Source: Nanobdellota archaeon (GTDB taxonomy: Archaea; Nanobdellota; Nanobdellia; Woesearchaeales; JAHWHD01). Taken from it: DNA of 13,360 nucleotides. Each line of letters begins with the position of its first letter. Within the stretch, counting starts at the first letter, position 1. Below, piece after piece: positions 5,859-13,360 of this stretch. The notes below the pieces were generated by a model. The model did not search any database, was not told where the DNA came from, and worked only from the letters and a program-made list of their open reading frames with translations. The DNA lies in assembly GCA_034722435.1 (NCBI GenBank), contig JAYENX010000030.1:1-13360 (forward strand), given 5' to 3'. Both the position numbers and the translations under genes were made by a program.

Positions 5859-6956
5859 ATGTCAATATCAGCTAAACAAAAATTTGAACTTAAAAAATTA
5901 GTTAAAGAATTAAGTGAATATAGAGGAAGGCACACTGAACTAGTTACAGTTTATATCTCTGAAGGTTATGATCTTAATAAAGTAATTAATCAACTATCCC
6001 AAGAACAAGGCACTGCCTCAAATATCAAAAGCACTTCTACTAGAAAAAATGTTCAAGATGCACTTGAAAAAATGATTCAACATCTTAAACTATTCAAAAA
6101 GACACCTGAAAACGGTCTTGCTTGTTTCTCAGGAAATGTTGCAGAACGTGAAGGTCAAAGCAATGTTAAAGTATGGAGCATTGAACCTCCAAACCCTCTT
6201 AACACCCGAATTTATAGATGTGACAAAACTTTCGTACTTGAACCGCTTATGGATATGATGGAGATTAAAGAGGTTTATGGCATGGTTGTAATGGACAGAA
6301 GAGATGCCGACATTGCATTATTAAAAGGCAAAAGCCTTATTCCTCTTAAAAAAACACATTCAGAAGTTCCAGGGAAAATGCGTGCAGGTGGTCAATCTGC
6401 TGCAAGATTTGAAAGATTAAGAGAAGGCGCTGCTAAAGACCATTATAAAAAAATAGCAGATTATATGAAAGAACAATTCCTTAATTTAAAAGGCCTTAAA
6501 GGAATCATTATTGGAGGTCCTGGAACAACAGTTAATGATTTCATGAACAAAGGATATCTTACAGGAGATCTTAAAAAAAAAATCATAGGAACAAAAGATT
6601 TGTCATATACTGGCCTTTTTGGTCTTCACGAACTTCTGGATAAAAGTACAGATATTTTAGCTGCTGAAGAAGTAGCAGATGAAAAACAAATTATGCAAAA
6701 ATTCTTCGATTTATTAGCTAAAAAACCAGGAATGGTAGCATATGGTGAAGAAGAATGTTTTAACAAAACACAATCAGGCGTGACTGATGTACTACTTCTC
6801 TCAGAATCTCTTGACGATGAAACTATTGAAAGATTCGAAAAAGAAGGAGAAAAAATGGGTTCCATAATAAAAATAATATCATTAGAAACAAGAGAAGGAG
6901 TCCAACTTAGAGATATGGGGAAAATCGCAGCCATTCTTAGATATGATACATCATAA
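5859..6956 (+). CDS. prf1: Archaeal peptide chain release factor 1 (aRF1/eRF1 family)
   Basis: TASNIKS (NIKS motif), YRCDKTF (YxCxxxF), RAGGQSAARFERLR (GGQ at nt 6387-6395), IIGGPG and the C-terminal IAAILRY. Confidence 0.97.
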   Translation: MSISAKQKFELKKLVKELSEYRGRHTELVTVYISEGYDLNKVINQLSQEQGTASNIKSTSTRKNVQDALEKMIQHLKLFKKTPENGLACFSGNVAEREGQSNVKVWSIEPPNPLNTRIYRCDKTFVLEPLMDMMEIKEVYGMVVMDRRDADIALLKGKSLIPLKKTHSEVPGKMRAGGQSAARFERLREGAAKDHYKKIADYMKEQFLNLKGLKGIIIGGPGTTVNDFMNKGYLTGDLKKKIIGTKDLSYTGLFGLHELLDKSTDILAAEEVADEKQIMQKFFDLLAKKPGMVAYGEEECFNKTQSGVTDVLLLSESLDDETIERFEKEGEKMGSIIKIISLETREGVQLRDMGKIAAILRYDTS

Positions 6957-7636
6957 TGAAGAAAGAAGATTTGATCATAACAGCTTTTGAAAGACTCTAT
7001 CCTAATAAAAATCTAAACAAACAAATTGCACTAAAATATTCTGGAAGGTTCTCCGACTATAATGCAAATGTTAAAATGACCTCATACAACATAGAATTCA
7101 ATCTTAGCAAAAAATGGCGAGGAGTAAGTAAAGAAATAATTATTGGATTACTACAGGACTTAATCTTAAAAATTAACAAAGATAAAAGAAAAACTCTTAA
7201 TACCGATCTTTATCATAACTTCATAAAAAGTTTACATCATAGCATTAAAAAGGATAAAACAGACCCTATACTCGAAGCTTCATTCAATAGAGTAAACGAA
7301 CAATACTTTACTGGGCTTATGGAAAGACCAAATCTTGTTTGGGGAAGATTTTCAAAAAGAAAACTCGGAAGTTACGATTTTCATACAGACACAATCTCTA
7401 TGTCTAAACATTTCATCGACAAAGAACACAATCTTCTGGATTATGTAATGTATCATGAAATGCTACATAAAAAATTTAAATTCACAAATTCAGGTTCACG
7501 AAACAGGTTTCATTCTACAGAATTTAAAAAAGCTGAAAAAAAATTCCAGAACTCAGAAGAAATAGAAAAAAGACTAAAATATATTGGAAGAACTAAAAAC
7601 AAGAGAAAAATAGCGTTTTTTAAGTTTTTCAAGTGA
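6956..7636 (+). CDS. SprT/YgjP-like zinc metallopeptidase (zincin) with a degenerate N-terminal duplicate domain
   Basis: YVMYHEMLH (HExxH, aa 167-171, nt 7454-7468) with a third His in RFHSTEF (aa 186), preceded by KLGSY and ISMS. The start overlaps the aRF1 stop (TAATG). Confidence 0.8.
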   Translation: MKKEDLIITAFERLYPNKNLNKQIALKYSGRFSDYNANVKMTSYNIEFNLSKKWRGVSKEIIIGLLQDLILKINKDKRKTLNTDLYHNFIKSLHHSIKKDKTDPILEASFNRVNEQYFTGLMERPNLVWGRFSKRKLGSYDFHTDTISMSKHFIDKEHNLLDYVMYHEMLHKKFKFTNSGSRNRFHSTEFKKAEKKFQNSEEIEKRLKYIGRTKNKRKIAFFKFFK

Positions 7637-7654
7637 TTTTTAAGGTTTTTAACC

Positions 7655-7668
7655 AAAACATTTATAAA
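7655..7668 (+). promoter_or_regulatory. BRE + TATA promoter of the histone gene
   Basis: AAAACA-TTTATAAA upstream of the GGTGA SD (7691-7695) and ATG 7701. Confidence 0.6.
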
Positions 7669-7700
7669 GGTTTATAACTGTTTAATCATTGGTGAATAAA

Positions 7701-7910
7701 ATGGCAACACAAAGAATCTTACCACTTGCTGCAATGGAAAAACTTCTTAAGAAGTCAGGAGCTGAAAGAGTATCCGATAAAGCAAAAGAAGCTCTTAAAA
7801 ATGTACTTGAAGATATGGCAGAAGATATAGCTAGTCAAGCTGTAAAGTTAGCATTACATGCTGGAAGAAAAACTGTCAAAGCTGGAGATGTCAAACTAGC
7901 TGCAAAATAA
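7701..7910 (+). CDS. Archaeal histone (HMf-like, single histone fold)
   Basis: LPLAAMEKLLKKSGAERVS...LALHAGRKTVKAGDV matches the HMfA/B fold, including ERVS and HAGRKT. ATG 7701 is preferred over TTG 7689 or GTG 7692 because of the GGTGA SD. Confidence 0.95.
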   Translation: MATQRILPLAAMEKLLKKSGAERVSDKAKEALKNVLEDMAEDIASQAVKLALHAGRKTVKAGDVKLAAK

Positions 7911-7947
7911 ATAAATTTTTAAATCATTTATTAATTCTAATTGTTCT

Positions 7948-8538
7948 ATGTTCAAAAAACTTAAAGAAGTTGCAAAATCTTCAGAAACAGTATCTGAAAT
8001 AAATAGCATAATAAAAAATAATAAAGAAGAAGTGGCTGCACTTAGAACAGATATTAATTCTTTAAAAAACCACATTCAAGAAATCAAAATAGGAGTGGCA
8101 ACACAAACTACAGAAATTAAAGAATTACATTCATTATTTCTCAAATCATTTAAAGAAGAACTTGAAAAAGTTAAAGATTTCAATAAACAATTTGACGGCT
8201 TAGTCGAAGATTTTAGAATACAAAAACAAAAAATGCAAGAAGCAGTATACGAAAGAACATCTGCAGGAATTAACAAAGAAATTGACAGACTTAAAGCAGA
8301 TGTTAATAGATATAACGAACTTAAAAAAGACATGGACAGTATTAGCACAGTAATCATAAATCTTAGAGATGAAGCAAAACGTTTTAAAGAAATATCTGAA
8401 AAAATAAAAAAGCAAGATTTTGAACTCATAAAATTCACAAAACATGTTAAAGATATTGAAAAAGAAAAATCAAATCTTAATAATAAAATAGACTCTCTAC
8501 AAAGACTTATTAGTGCTGAAAGACGAAGACGTTCTTAA
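7948..8538 (+). CDS. Long coiled-coil hypothetical protein (196 aa)
   Basis: Near-continuous heptad pattern rich in K/E/I/L, no TM segment, ending LQRLISAERRRRS. Confidence 0.75.
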   Translation: MFKKLKEVAKSSETVSEINSIIKNNKEEVAALRTDINSLKNHIQEIKIGVATQTTEIKELHSLFLKSFKEELEKVKDFNKQFDGLVEDFRIQKQKMQEAVYERTSAGINKEIDRLKADVNRYNELKKDMDSISTVIINLRDEAKRFKEISEKIKKQDFELIKFTKHVKDIEKEKSNLNNKIDSLQRLISAERRRRS

Positions 8539-8646
8539 ATATAGTAAATATAATTAATTTTCAAATATATACACACCACATTTACTATATACCAAAACAT
8601 TAAACAAAAAATTCAATAAATTTAAGGATCTCAGTATACAACAAAC

Positions 8647-8654
8647 TATATAAA
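8647..8654 (+). promoter_or_regulatory. Candidate TATA box for hef (probably leaderless)
   Basis: AAAC-TATATAAA, ending 22 nt before ATG 8677. Confidence 0.5.
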
Positions 8655-8676
8655 CTCACAAAAATCATTTTCTATC

Positions 8677-10881
8677 ATGCTAAAAAACTTCACTCCAAGA
8701 CTATACCAAGAAACTATATTCTCGACATGCGTCAACTATAACACTTTAGTTGTACTTCCTACAGGACTTGGAAAAACTAATGTATTCCTTATGCTTACCG
8801 CACAGCGCTTGAAACAATACCCTAACTCAAAAATTCTTTTTATAGGTCCGACAAGACCCCTCATTGACCAATATCAACAAGTATTTGAAAAACATTTTAA
8901 TATAGAAAGTGAAAAAATGGCAATCTTCACTGGCCAAGTTTCACCTAAAAAAAGGTCAGAAATATGGAAAAAAGCGCAAATAATATTTTCCACACCTCAA
9001 GGATTAGAGAACGACATTATAGGGAGCAGAATTGATATAAAAAATGTTTCATTAATAGGATTTGACGAAGCCCATAAATCAGTTGGAGACTATGCAAATG
9101 TCTTTATCGCAAAACAATACAATAAATTAGCAAGACATCCACGAATAATTGCATTAACCGCCTCACCAGGCTCAGACATGGAAAAAATAAACGAAGTATG
9201 CCAAAACCTTTTTATTGAAAAGATTGAAGTAAGAACTGACCAAGATCCTGATGTAAAACCTTATGTTAAAGATATAGATGTTACTTGGGTCAAAGTTCAA
9301 CTACCACCCTCATTCCTAAAAGTTAAAAAGTTTCTCGAAGATTGTTTCAAATCTAAAATAAAATCTGTTGAAGAATTTGGTTACATCAACAAAGGTCAAA
9401 TCAAATCATATAGCAAGAGAGATATTTTAGGATTGCAAGGACATTTACAAGGAGAAATTGCAAGAGGAGAAAAAAGTTTTGAATCCCTTAAATCAATATC
9501 ACTCCTTGCTGAAGCAATGAAAGTACAACACGCATTAGAACTTCTTGAAACTCAAGGTATTACAGCATTAAATGAATATTTTAATAAAATAAACAAAGAA
9601 TCTCTGACTACCAAAGTTAAAGCAACACAAAATCTTGCAAAAGATCCTAACTTTAGAAGCGCATATCTTTTAACAAAAAATATGTACGAAGCAGGTGTTG
9701 AACATCCAAAACTAAAAAAATTAAAAGATATAGTTCAAGAAAAAGTAAAAAAAGATATAAAAATCATCATATTTAACCAATACAGAGACGCTGCGACTAA
9801 AATTGTTGATGAAATCAGCCAAATAGAAAATGCAAACCCTAAACTGTTTGTTGGCCAAATGAAAAAAAAAGGTATTGGCTTATCACAAAAAAAACAAAAA
9901 GAAATCATGGACGAATTTAGACGTGGCGAATTCAATATCCTTGTAACAACATCGGTTGCAGAAGAAGGTCTCGACATACCAGCTGTCGACATTGTTATAT
10001 TCTATGAACCAATTCCCTCCGCAATAAGAACGGTCCAAAGAAGAGGAAGAACAGGTAGACAAGACTCGGGCAAGGTATATGTCCTCATGGCAGAAAATAC
10101 AAGAGATGTTGCTTATAAATGGTCTGCACACCATAAAGAAAAAAGGATGTACAGAAACCTCGAAATATTAAAAAAGAAATTTAATGGATATCAAAAAAAA
10201 CAACAACCCCTTACAAAATTCATTAATGAAAAAGAAGACATCAAAATATTCGCAGACCACAGAGAAAAAGGATCAGGCGTAATCAAACAACTCCTAGAAC
10301 TTGGTTTAAAACTAAAACTAGACAGACTAGAAGTGGGAGATTATCTTTGTAGTTCAAGGGTAGCTGTAGAATTCAAAAACGTTCCTGATTTCATAAACTC
10401 AATAATGGATGGAAGATTACTTGAACAATTAAAAAATTTAAAGAAAAACTTTGAAAGACCAATTTTAATTATTGAAGGTGAAGAAGACATTTTTTCTGTA
10501 AGAAATATTCATCCAAACGCCATAAGAGGTATGCTTGCCACTATAACTATAAGTTACGGAATACCTATATTAAGAACTAAGAATTTCAAAGAAACAGCAT
10601 CTTTACTTGCAGTTATCTGCAAAAGAGAGCAAACTAACGAACAAAAAGATTTTTCTATGCATGGCGAGAAACGCATTACAACACTTAAAGATATGCAAGA
10701 ATATATCATTTCATCACTTCCAGGGGTAGGTCCAACACTCTCAAAACCACTCCTTAAACATTTTAAAACTATTAAAAACATATTCAACGCTTCAGAAGAA
10801 GAACTTAAAAAAATAGACCTAATAGGAACTAAAAAAGCTCAACAGATTAACAAAATAATTAATACTGAATGGATTGAATAA
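8677..10881 (+). CDS. hef: Hef helicase/endonuclease (FANCM/Mph1-like SF2 helicase + ERCC4 nuclease + HhH2)
   Basis: Q motif PRLYQ, Walker A LPTGLGKT, DEAH, TASP, TSVAEEGLDIP and QRRGRTGR. ERCC4 domain ADHRE...VGDY...VEFK...DGRL.EQ. C-terminal LPGVGP / IDLIG HhH pair. Confidence 0.96.
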   Translation: MLKNFTPRLYQETIFSTCVNYNTLVVLPTGLGKTNVFLMLTAQRLKQYPNSKILFIGPTRPLIDQYQQVFEKHFNIESEKMAIFTGQVSPKKRSEIWKKAQIIFSTPQGLENDIIGSRIDIKNVSLIGFDEAHKSVGDYANVFIAKQYNKLARHPRIIALTASPGSDMEKINEVCQNLFIEKIEVRTDQDPDVKPYVKDIDVTWVKVQLPPSFLKVKKFLEDCFKSKIKSVEEFGYINKGQIKSYSKRDILGLQGHLQGEIARGEKSFESLKSISLLAEAMKVQHALELLETQGITALNEYFNKINKESLTTKVKATQNLAKDPNFRSAYLLTKNMYEAGVEHPKLKKLKDIVQEKVKKDIKIIIFNQYRDAATKIVDEISQIENANPKLFVGQMKKKGIGLSQKKQKEIMDEFRRGEFNILVTTSVAEEGLDIPAVDIVIFYEPIPSAIRTVQRRGRTGRQDSGKVYVLMAENTRDVAYKWSAHHKEKRMYRNLEILKKKFNGYQKKQQPLTKFINEKEDIKIFADHREKGSGVIKQLLELGLKLKLDRLEVGDYLCSSRVAVEFKNVPDFINSIMDGRLLEQLKNLKKNFERPILIIEGEEDIFSVRNIHPNAIRGMLATITISYGIPILRTKNFKETASLLAVICKREQTNEQKDFSMHGEKRITTLKDMQEYIISSLPGVGPTLSKPLLKHFKTIKNIFNASEEELKKIDLIGTKKAQQINKIINTEWIE

Positions 10882-10974
10882 AATTATAATAAAATAAACT
10901 AATATATAAAAGAACAACTAGATATATAGTAGAGTCCCATAACTTTTTTAAATAAAATATAAAATTCTATATTA

Positions 10975-12327
10975 ATGATAACAAAACTAGGTATTGGAGC
11001 AAGTTATAATGACTCAGGCCCTCTAGAAAAAGTATTAAAAGAGATTAACGCTAAAGCGCATGAAGAAAGAACAAAATCAGGCATAACAAATCATTACTTT
11101 AAAAGAACTCGAGAAGATCCTAGAACAAGTAAATTCAATTATTCACTTTACGACATTCCAATTGTTGTTTACACATTAATGAACGCACTCGCTTCTGATG
11201 CGAATCATATAGCAATTGTAGGCGACCAATTAACAGGAAAAATAACTAAACATTTCGCAAAATTCTTTGAAACTGACTATTCAAAATTCACTTTTGTAAA
11301 TGAAGGAACAGATTGGTCTCTAGAAAATACATTTAGAGGATTAAAAGAAGGACTCAAAGCTAAACCTTCTGAATCAATTGCACAAATTTCTGGAGACACC
11401 CCGGTTTACCTTGATTTAAACGAAATGTTAAGAGACCCTGATGCAAAAGATTTTGACCTAGTATTTGATTTAAACTGTAGAGAAAACATTTACAAAATAA
11501 ATTTCACAGATAACAAAGGTCCATACAACAGACGATGGCATCTACCCATTTTCCAAAACCATGGCTGGAAAGCAATCTGGGTAAAAGAACCTAACGGAGG
11601 AATCTGGAAATTCAACGATAACACTTTTAACAAAATTAACACACTATTTGATGGAAGAAAATCATACGGAACTCAAAATAAAAAAGGAAAATTAAAAGGA
11701 AGAGCGAAATTAATAAATGAATTTTTCTTAAAAAACGGAAAGTGGTGGAAAACCCTAGCAACTGCTCCTAGAGCTCTTGCATACCTAGGATTAAGAAAAT
11801 TCACACCATTCAATGTTCCGTTGTTCGATTTTAATAGAATGAGTAAGATCGCATCTTACGCTCTTGAAGCACCAGTTCTTATTAAAGGAAAACATTCAGA
11901 ATGGGGAAGACTCGCAGATATAGACTCTGCCGAAGACCTTGCATTCTTTGAAGCATTAATGCACTCCGCTGAAGATCCATCACAAATTTATCCATATTTC
12001 AATGAAATAAAAAGGTTTACAGAATATTTAAAAACACAACCAGATATGCAAAACGAAGAATTAATCCAAGATTTCCACACTTACATGAACGAATGGTTTG
12101 AACAATTTCCACTCCTCAAAGGAAAACAACTATATGACGACAAAGGCACATACATAGGCCCTAAACTTGATAAAACAAATGTTCTCAACGATAAAAATAA
12201 CAGAAACATATTATCCAGTAAAGATTCACCCGTATACGCAGCCAAAGATTCTGAAAAGAAACTTCAAATAGTTATGGACACGCAACTCGTATCAGCAAAA
12301 GCTTTCCGTATGGAATATATGAGTTAA
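10975..12327 (+). CDS. Divergent MobA/CobY-like nucleotidyltransferase (GT-A fold) with insertions and a C-terminal extension
   Basis: KFNYSLYDIPIVVYTLMNALAS..HIAIVG resembles K..L.G.P++.Y.+.A...S.....+VG. ISGDTP resembles the D-x-P metal motif, and ADIDSAEDL resembles DIDTPEDL. The N-terminal Gly-rich loop is atypical (GIGASYNDSG). Substrate unknown. Confidence 0.6.
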   Translation: MITKLGIGASYNDSGPLEKVLKEINAKAHEERTKSGITNHYFKRTREDPRTSKFNYSLYDIPIVVYTLMNALASDANHIAIVGDQLTGKITKHFAKFFETDYSKFTFVNEGTDWSLENTFRGLKEGLKAKPSESIAQISGDTPVYLDLNEMLRDPDAKDFDLVFDLNCRENIYKINFTDNKGPYNRRWHLPIFQNHGWKAIWVKEPNGGIWKFNDNTFNKINTLFDGRKSYGTQNKKGKLKGRAKLINEFFLKNGKWWKTLATAPRALAYLGLRKFTPFNVPLFDFNRMSKIASYALEAPVLIKGKHSEWGRLADIDSAEDLAFFEALMHSAEDPSQIYPYFNEIKRFTEYLKTQPDMQNEELIQDFHTYMNEWFEQFPLLKGKQLYDDKGTYIGPKLDKTNVLNDKNNRNILSSKDSPVYAAKDSEKKLQIVMDTQLVSAKAFRMEYMS

Positions 12328-13358
12328 TCTTTTCTCAAAACAATCATTATACAAACTACAACAGTCAGAGCAATTATTAAATACGGTATAAGATTTTTTG
12401 CCTTCTCAGAACTTGAAAGATAAATAATCTCTTCTCTCGTAGATTCAAGTTCAAAATCTTCACTTAATAAAAACTCTTCAGAATAAAGATTTATTTTCTC
12501 TTCATAAGATTCAAGTTCAGTTTCACCTACATCAACCACTAACTGCTTAACATCAATAATTGAACCCTCATCATTAACCAATTTAAGAAAAAATACATTT
12601 TTACCTTCAAAAACTTTTACTGGAAATATTAAATCACCGGTTAAACCTGTTTCAATTGTCGTATAAAAAGTTTCTAATACAGTCTTAAAATCACCACCCT
12701 CTACATTAGCATATAACTTAATTTCATCTTCAGGTTCCGTAGCTTTTGTATAGAAACTTTTAATCTCCGCATCAGGACCTTCCACAGTTACATCTGAATT
12801 AAGATGTTTATATGTCTTCAAACCTTCGCGTTTAATTTTAATCTTATACTTATAATCACCAGGTTCTAATTTACCAATCTTATTTCGAAAATTAATAATT
12901 GCAACACCTTTATGCGGAACATTAATATTTTTCACAATTTCATCAGAATAATGCTTTGAACCTCTGTACAGATAACCAACAATTTCAAAATCATAATCAG
13001 CACCATAATTATTTTCGATTTTTACAGAAACATCAAACTTATCCAAAACATTAACATATTCGGGTATTGAATCAATCGAATACTCTAACTTCTTTTTAAT
13101 TTCTTCTTCATCACAATCAGAATCACAACTATTATCACAAAGACTTGCAGTCTTACCCTCAACTTTAAATGACATTTCATCCGAACTGTTTAAACCTTCA
13201 ACAACAAAAATATAATCACCATCACCATACTTAGAATTACAATTAGGTTTCAACTGCACAGGAATCTTCATCACATATTCAGTAAATTTACTATAAAGTG
13301 AAGCTGTAGAAGTTTGACTCGAAACCTTATTACCTTCAGAATCTTTCACATAGAACTT
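12324..13358 (-). CDS. 3' part of a membrane-anchored cell-surface protein with Ig-like beta-sandwich domains; 5'-truncated by the window edge
   Basis: The frame stays open upstream of the GTG at 13349 (K-F-Y-V-K-D...) to the window edge. It is beta-strand-rich and acidic, and ends in a TM helix LIPYLIIALTVVVCIMIVL followed by RKD. Confidence 0.7.
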   Translation of the reverse strand, partial: KFYVKDSEGNKVSSQTSTASLYSKFTEYVMKIPVQLKPNCNSKYGDGDYIFVVEGLNSSDEMSFKVEGKTASLCDNSCDSDCDEEEIKKKLEYSIDSIPEYVNVLDKFDVSVKIENNYGADYDFEIVGYLYRGSKHYSDEIVKNINVPHKGVAIINFRNKIGKLEPGDYKYKIKIKREGLKTYKHLNSDVTVEGPDAEIKSFYTKATEPEDEIKLYANVEGGDFKTVLETFYTTIETGLTGDLIFPVKVFEGKNVFFLKLVNDEGSIIDVKQLVVDVGETELESYEEKINLYSEEFLLSEDFELESTREEIIYLSSSEKAKNLIPYLIIALTVVVCIMIVLRKD

Positions 13359-13360
13359 CA

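Noticed and set aside
5859-6956. aRF1 as a pelota/Dom34 paralogue or as a sign of stop-codon reassignment
   Set aside because: NIKS, YxCxxxF and GGQ are intact, and TAA, TAG and TGA all terminate recognisable genes at the expected lengths.
7689-7700. N-terminal extension MVNK on the histone (possible tail)
   Set aside because: These bases contain the GGTGA SD for ATG 7701, so there is no good evidence for a eukaryote-like tail.
6626-10787. Minus-strand ORFs 6626-6934, 8076-8438, 8200-8445, 9735-9992, 9883-10134 and 10554-10787
   Set aside because: Antisense shadows inside prf1, the coiled-coil gene and hef.
13347-13349. GTG at 13349 as the true start of the surface protein
   Set aside because: The frame stays open to the window edge and no signal peptide follows the GTG, so the gene is truncated by the window.
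1-13360. CRISPR array, IS element, integrase or C/D-box sRNA
   Set aside because: I found no regularly spaced repeats, transposase or integrase motifs, or terminal inverted repeats, and no convincing RTGATGA...CTGA pair in intergenic DNA on visual inspection.

Overview
This is an AT-rich, very densely packed archaeal chromosomal segment. Its compaction and gene set suggest a DPANN (Woesearchaeota-like) genome, but that assignment is inference. I see no mobile element, CRISPR array or rRNA. In order, it holds: the 3' end of a NIP7/RsmF-type PUA protein; an orphan 7-TM membrane protein; a minus-strand operon (79-aa hypothetical, HAD hydrolase, TMA20/MCT-1-like PUA protein); a 55-aa membrane peptide missed by the ORF track; a DRG GTPase divergent from a short MscS-like gene; and a minus-strand cluster of tRNA-Pro(UGG), rpl37ae, rpoP (also missed by the ORF track), pcc1, pfdB and UPF0147. 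A plus-strand run follows: aRF1, a SprT-like HExxH protease, histone, a coiled-coil protein, Hef helicase/nuclease and a divergent MobA-like NTP transferase. The window ends in the 3' part of a membrane-anchored surface protein. The most notable signals are (i) a 35-nt intron in the T-loop (59/60) of tRNA-Pro, with a relaxed bulge-helix-bulge motif and an internal TATA-like box; (ii) a SprT-like protease built from a 100-aa tandem duplication with a dead first copy, lying next to histone and Hef in a way that recalls eukaryotic SPRTN/FANCM crosslink repair; and (iii) a palindromic TATA box exactly midway between two divergent start codons.
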